Below, one piece after another: positions 56,660 to 60,511 of a DNA stretch of 60,511 nucleotides. This DNA is from Candidatus Sumerlaeia bacterium (lineage in GTDB: Bacteria; Sumerlaeota; Sumerlaeia; SLMS01; JANRJK01), in contig JANRJK010000018.1 of assembly GCA_033764015.1 (NCBI GenBank), positions 1-60,511 on the forward strand. The letters are read 5' to 3'. How positions within the stretch are numbered: position 1 is the stretch's first letter; every line of letters starts with the position of its first letter. The translations under genes and the position numbers were made by a program. Under the pieces are notes generated by a model that saw only the letters and a list, made by a program, of their open reading frames with translations, did no database searches and was not told the origin of the DNA.

Positions 56660-58558
56660 ATGCGAGGCGGCAGGCGCGACTTGGCGAAGAAACCACGACC
56701 CACCATGCAGGAGCGCCGCGAGCAGTTCCGCCGCGCGCTGCCGGAGGCGCTCGCCCTGGCGCGGCCGTACCGCGGGATGCTCGCGTTCGCGCTCGTGCTG
56801 CTGCTCGTGAACCGCGCCGCGAGCCTCGTGCTCCCCGCGGCGCCCAAGTTCATCTTCGACGACGCGCTCGCGAAAGGCGACACGCGCTTCTTCTACCAGA
56901 TCGTCGCCGCGGTGGTGGCGGCGTCGTTCATCCAGGGCGCCAGCATCTTCCTGATGACGCAGACCGTCTCGAAGGCGGGGCAGCGCCTGATCCGCGACCT
57001 CCGCGTGAAGATCCACGGCCATGTCTCGCGCCTCCCGCTGCGCTACTTCGACAGCCACCGCTCCGGCGAGGTCACCAGCCGCGTGATGAACGACGTGGAA
57101 GGCGTCCGCAACCTGCTCGGCACCGGCATCGTCGAGCTGCTCAACGGCGCGCTGACGTTCCTCTTCGTGGTGCCGATCCTCTTCTGGCTTAACTGGAAGC
57201 TCACGCTGGTGGCGCTGTCGTTCCTGGGCTTCTTCGGCATCTTGATGGTCTTCGCGTTCAAGAAGCTGCGCCCGATCTTCGAGGAGCGGCAGGAGGCGAT
57301 GGGCGTGGTGACCGGACGCCTGACGGAGAGCTTCGGCGGTATCCGCGTGGTGAAGGCCTACACAACGGAAGGCGCCGAGCAGACGGTCTTCGCCGCCGGC
57401 GCGAACCGGCTCCTCGACGTGATCCTGCGCACGATCGGCATCATTGCCTTCTTGGCGCTCACGACGTCCGGCCTCACCGGCCTGCTGGGCGCGGCGGTGC
57501 TGCTGGTCGGCGGGCACCAGATCATGGCGGGCGAGTTCCAGCCCGGCGCCTTCATCAGCTACATCTTCTACGTCGGCTTCATGATCGCCCCGGTGGCGCA
57601 GGCGGTCTCCATCGCCGGATCGCTGAGCGAAGCGTTCGCCGGGCTGGACCGCATGCGGCAGGTGCTCGGCGAGGAGCGTGAGGACACCGGCGACGACGCC
57701 CGCGCGCCGCTCGGCCCCGTCGAGGGGCGCGTCGAATTCCGCGGGGTGTCGTTCTCCTACGAGGCCGGCAAGCAGGTGCTCCACACGGTTTCCTTCGACG
57801 CGGAGCCCGGCACCTCGACCGCGCTGGTGGGGCCGTCCGGCGGCGGCAAGTCCACGGTGATCGGCCTCCTCGCCGGCTTCTACCGCCCGCAGGAGGGGGC
57901 CGTGCTGGTGGACGGGCGCGATTTGGCGACGGTGCGCCTCGCGGACTACCGGCGGCAGCTCGGCGTGGTGCTGCAGGAGAACTTCCTCTTCGACGGCACG
58001 GTGGCGGAGAACATCCGCTACGCGCGGCCGGAGGCGTCCGACGAGGCGCTCCACGAGGCGGCCCGGCTCGCGCACTGCGGCGAGTTCATCGAGAAGCTGC
58101 CGCAGGGCTGGGACACGATCGTGGGCGAGCGCGGCGTGAAGCTCTCCGGAGGCCAGCGCCAACGCGTCGCCATCGCCCGCGCCATCCTGGCCAACCCCCG
58201 CATCCTCATCCTCGACGAGGCCACCAGCTCGCTCGACAGCGAGTCCGAGGCGTACATCCAGGACGGCCTGCGCACGTTGATGAAGGGGCGCACGACGTTC
58301 ATCATCGCGCACCGTCTCTCGACGATCCGCGCGGCGGACCAGATCCTCGTGCTCGAGGGCGGGCGCATCGTCGAGCGCGGGGCGCACGCCGCGCTGCTGG
58401 CGGCGAAGGGACGCTACCACGACATGTACACGCTCCAGCACGGCCTCGATGGGCGGTTTGGACCCGGTTCCGACGCCGAAAACAGGGCGGTCGGGGTACC
58501 GGGGGACACTTCGGAGCGCCCACGGCAACGCGGAGGATTCGGCTCGATCTTGGCCTAG
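56660..58558 (+). CDS. ABC exporter, fused permease/ATPase (MsbA-like); start uncertain
   Basis: TM domain, GPSGGGKST, LSGGQRQR, ILDEATSSLD, IAHRLST. Confidence 0.95.
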   Translation: MRGGRRDLAKKPRPTMQERREQFRRALPEALALARPYRGMLAFALVLLLVNRAASLVLPAAPKFIFDDALAKGDTRFFYQIVAAVVAASFIQGASIFLMTQTVSKAGQRLIRDLRVKIHGHVSRLPLRYFDSHRSGEVTSRVMNDVEGVRNLLGTGIVELLNGALTFLFVVPILFWLNWKLTLVALSFLGFFGILMVFAFKKLRPIFEERQEAMGVVTGRLTESFGGIRVVKAYTTEGAEQTVFAAGANRLLDVILRTIGIIAFLALTTSGLTGLLGAAVLLVGGHQIMAGEFQPGAFISYIFYVGFMIAPVAQAVSIAGSLSEAFAGLDRMRQVLGEEREDTGDDARAPLGPVEGRVEFRGVSFSYEAGKQVLHTVSFDAEPGTSTALVGPSGGGKSTVIGLLAGFYRPQEGAVLVDGRDLATVRLADYRRQLGVVLQENFLFDGTVAENIRYARPEASDEALHEAARLAHCGEFIEKLPQGWDTIVGERGVKLSGGQRQRVAIARAILANPRILILDEATSSLDSESEAYIQDGLRTLMKGRTTFIIAHRLSTIRAADQILVLEGGRIVERGAHAALLAAKGRYHDMYTLQHGLDGRFGPGSDAENRAVGVPGDTSERPRQRGGFGSILA

Positions 58559-58726
58559 CAGGCCCTGACATCGAGTGCGCAGTCCTCATTTCGTAGCACT
58601 TAGCTAAATCAAAAATCCAACCCACAATTTACTAAAAGCCTTTCAGCCGCACTCCGGCGCGGCGTTTGCACACCGTCCCATGCCACCCGGGGACGATTTC
58701 CGACCTCGGAACACCCCCCGGGCGGC

Positions 58727-58771
58727 CCTTTTTGGTAAAATGTTTACTGAAAAGGCGGCCGCCGCTTGACA
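58727..58771 (+). promoter_or_regulatory. AT-rich imperfect palindrome followed by perfect TTGACA
   Basis: CCTTTTTGGTAAAATGTTTACTGAAAAGG, then TTGACA at 58766. Confidence 0.5.
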
Positions 58772-58860
58772 ATCCAGCCACCCGCGTGGCCCGGTGCGAA
58801 CGAAGGCAGCGGTTGAATAAAAGGAAAGGAAGTGCTTTAACTCCCGAAGGAGTGTCCAAC

Positions 58861-59379
58861 ATGGAAAGCACGCATCCGCGTCCGGGGCGGACCCAACCCG
58901 GAACCCTGATCCCCCACGCCGTCCGCTACGTCGACGGCATCCGCGACGACGCCGGGCTTGTCGAGCTGGCGATGCGCACGGGAGATCCCCACACGGTGGC
59001 GTTCGCAGTGATCGCCGCCCACCGCAACGAGATCAACGCCTGGCTCGACGCCTGCGCGGACGCGATCCGCGCCGCCGTCTCCAGCGCGACCGATACGGCA
59101 CTCGCGGCGCTCGGCCTCCGTGGCCGCCGCCGCATGGCCGAAGACGCCCTCGGCATGGAACTCCCGCTCCGCGACGACGAGCTGGACGCCATGATGGCAG
59201 AGGTCGAACGCTACAAGTGGCTCGAAGCGGAACGCGCGGGCCGCGATATCTGGCGCGAGCGCGACGCGGAGAACCCCCTGCGTCCCGCCCTCGTCGAATG
59301 GTTCCGGCGCCACTTCGGCTCCTGGTACCTCACCCAGCGGCGCATCGGCCGCACCTTCTGGTCCGGCGGCGTCCTCTAA
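58861..59379 (+). CDS. hypothetical protein with DUF4032-like C-terminal motif
   Basis: GAAGGAG RBS; EVERYKWLEAERAGRDI...EWFRRHFGSW. Confidence 0.7.
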   Translation: MESTHPRPGRTQPGTLIPHAVRYVDGIRDDAGLVELAMRTGDPHTVAFAVIAAHRNEINAWLDACADAIRAAVSSATDTALAALGLRGRRRMAEDALGMELPLRDDELDAMMAEVERYKWLEAERAGRDIWRERDAENPLRPALVEWFRRHFGSWYLTQRRIGRTFWSGGVL

Positions 59380-59506
59380 GCCGCCCGGCCACGCGGCGCC
59401 GCTCCCCCCCGGGGCGGACGCCACTCCCCCGCCATGACCCCCTGAAGCAGCTTCATCCCCCAGCCGGCGCCGGAGGCCCTCAACCAGCCTTTGGCGCCAC
59501 CCCTCC

Positions 59507-59545
59507 CCTCCCCGCGCGGCGCCGCAACCGCCGCGCGGGGAGAGG
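59507..59545. terminator. hairpin between convergent genes
   Basis: CTCCCCGCGCGGC-loop-GCCGCGCGGGGAG. Confidence 0.55.
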
Positions 59546-59559
59546 CGTGGTGGCGTGCG

Positions 59560-60226
59560 TTAGCGGGCGAACCCGATCCCGGACCCCCACAACACCAGAT
59601 CGCCGTTCGACACCGTTCCGTTGGTCGGATCGTACGACACAACGCCGTCGCCCGAGATGTGCCCCGGAAGTCCCGGCGCCGTTCCGTTGCTCGGCCCCCG
59701 CGTCGTGGTCGCTGTCCGGCCCATGGCTCAACAGATACCACGCCGACGCGCGGTTCAGCGACCCCATCGTCGCGAGGAAGAACGCGTCGAACTCCTGCTC
59801 GCCGGAAAGCGAGTCGGCGCCGTCCGCCGCCTCCTCCGCCACACGCGAGTACTCGCGCGTGGCATAGTGGTACGCAAAGTACGTCTCGCTGTTCTCGGCG
59901 AGGTTCGGGAACGGCTCGTTCGGCACCAGCGTGATGTAGGCGATCGGCGTCGTGAGGCGCCGCGGCAACTTCGTCTCAAAGAACGTCGGCCGCGGGCTCA
60001 CCATATCGCTGCCGTCCACATTGTCCGGCAGCGGATAGCGGTTGTTGTCCACGCGGTACGACTCGATGCCGGTGGCGATCGAGCGCATGTCTGCCTTGGC
60101 GCGGGTGACCTTCGCGCGCACCTGCGCTTCGAGGAAGTTCGGAACGCCGATGGCAGCCAGGATGGCGATGATGGCGACGACGATGAGGAGCTCGATGAGG
60201 GTGAAGCCTGCACTAATTATGTTCAT
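59560..60226 (-). pseudogene. type IV prepilin/pseudopilin (GspG-like) with an apparent +1 frameshift at 59695-59699
   Basis: GFTLIELLIVVAIIAILAAIGVPNFLEAQVRAKV.RAKADMRSIAT.IESY.VDNN.YP...LTTPIAYI...LLSHGPD; the family's terminal YDPTNGTVSNGD motif lies in a shifted frame ending at TAA 59560-62. Confidence 0.8.
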
Positions 60227-60260
60227 TGCGGGAGTACTTGTGTGGTATAGCGTAGCAAGT

Positions 60261-60511
60261 ATGTCTAGACGAACTTGGGCATCGGCCAACACCAGTGGTC
60301 AAGGCGGATGCGGTACCAAGGGCCCCCGCGCCAGAACCTCCGCCGCGCAGTTTCAAGGGCTGGCCGACGTGCCGCCCTGGATCGAGTGGCTCGCGAACAT
60401 CGATAACCCCCGCACGCGGCGCGCGTACCGGATCGACGTGGCCGATCTGATCGCCTTCCTCGGCATCGAGGGCGGGACGGAGTTCCGCCAAGTGACCCGT
60501 GCGCACATGAT
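60261..60511 (+). CDS. tyrosine recombinase/integrase, N-terminal part (runs off window; not in ORF track)
   Basis: ...AAQFQGLADVPPWIEWLANIDNPRTRRAYRIDVADLIAFLGI...EFRQVTRAHM, a SAM-like integrase N-domain. Confidence 0.8.
   Translation, partial: MSRRTWASANTSGQGGCGTKGPRARTSAAQFQGLADVPPWIEWLANIDNPRTRRAYRIDVADLIAFLGIEGGTEFRQVTRAHM

Noticed and set aside
60205..60228. Chromosomal dif site (TTATGTTCATT resembles the XerD arm)
   Set aside because: No XerC arm at the required 6-bp spacing; better explained as a site for the adjacent integrase.

Overview
A GC-rich bacterial chromosomal segment. The prepilin family at the right end and the short conserved C-terminal tails on secreted proteins suggest Candidatus Sumerlaeota (BRC1) or a relative; this is an inference. 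Left part: a partial IS5-family element, a complete kdp operon with kdpF and a second unannotated hydrophobic peptide, two hsp20 genes, and folP/dnaB diverging around a perfect DnaA box. Middle part: a + strand run of envelope/enzyme genes (including a divergent GH57-like protein, HtrA, radical SAM and PfpI), a long mixed minus-strand run (Asp23/AmaP, RfaE-II, a stand-alone UvrD-type Tudor domain, gatC-gatA, fcl, ymdB, dppB), wcaJ, a secreted quinoprotein-cytochrome c fusion, gpsA-holA coupled to a copper-amine-oxidase-like secreted protein, blaI-M56/TPR with twin operators, a TMTC-like glycosyltransferase and clpB. Right part: an accessory stretch, an ABC exporter, a frameshifted prepilin and the start of a tyrosine recombinase that abuts the prepilin 5' end. 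The most notable signals are: (1) an FGE-sulfatase/CLec protein whose 3' end looks like a DGR variable region, with no RT or template repeat in the window, translationally coupled to a small Ig-like partner; (2) recurring short C-terminal tails (VxxWxx[FY] and P-x-x-[LV]TV[RQ]-like) on secreted proteins, which may be export or anchoring signals; (3) a probable sigma-54 protein-quality-control regulon; (4) a recombinase junction at a prepilin gene. No rRNA, tRNA or CRISPR array was seen. All family assignments come from motif recognition, not database searches.
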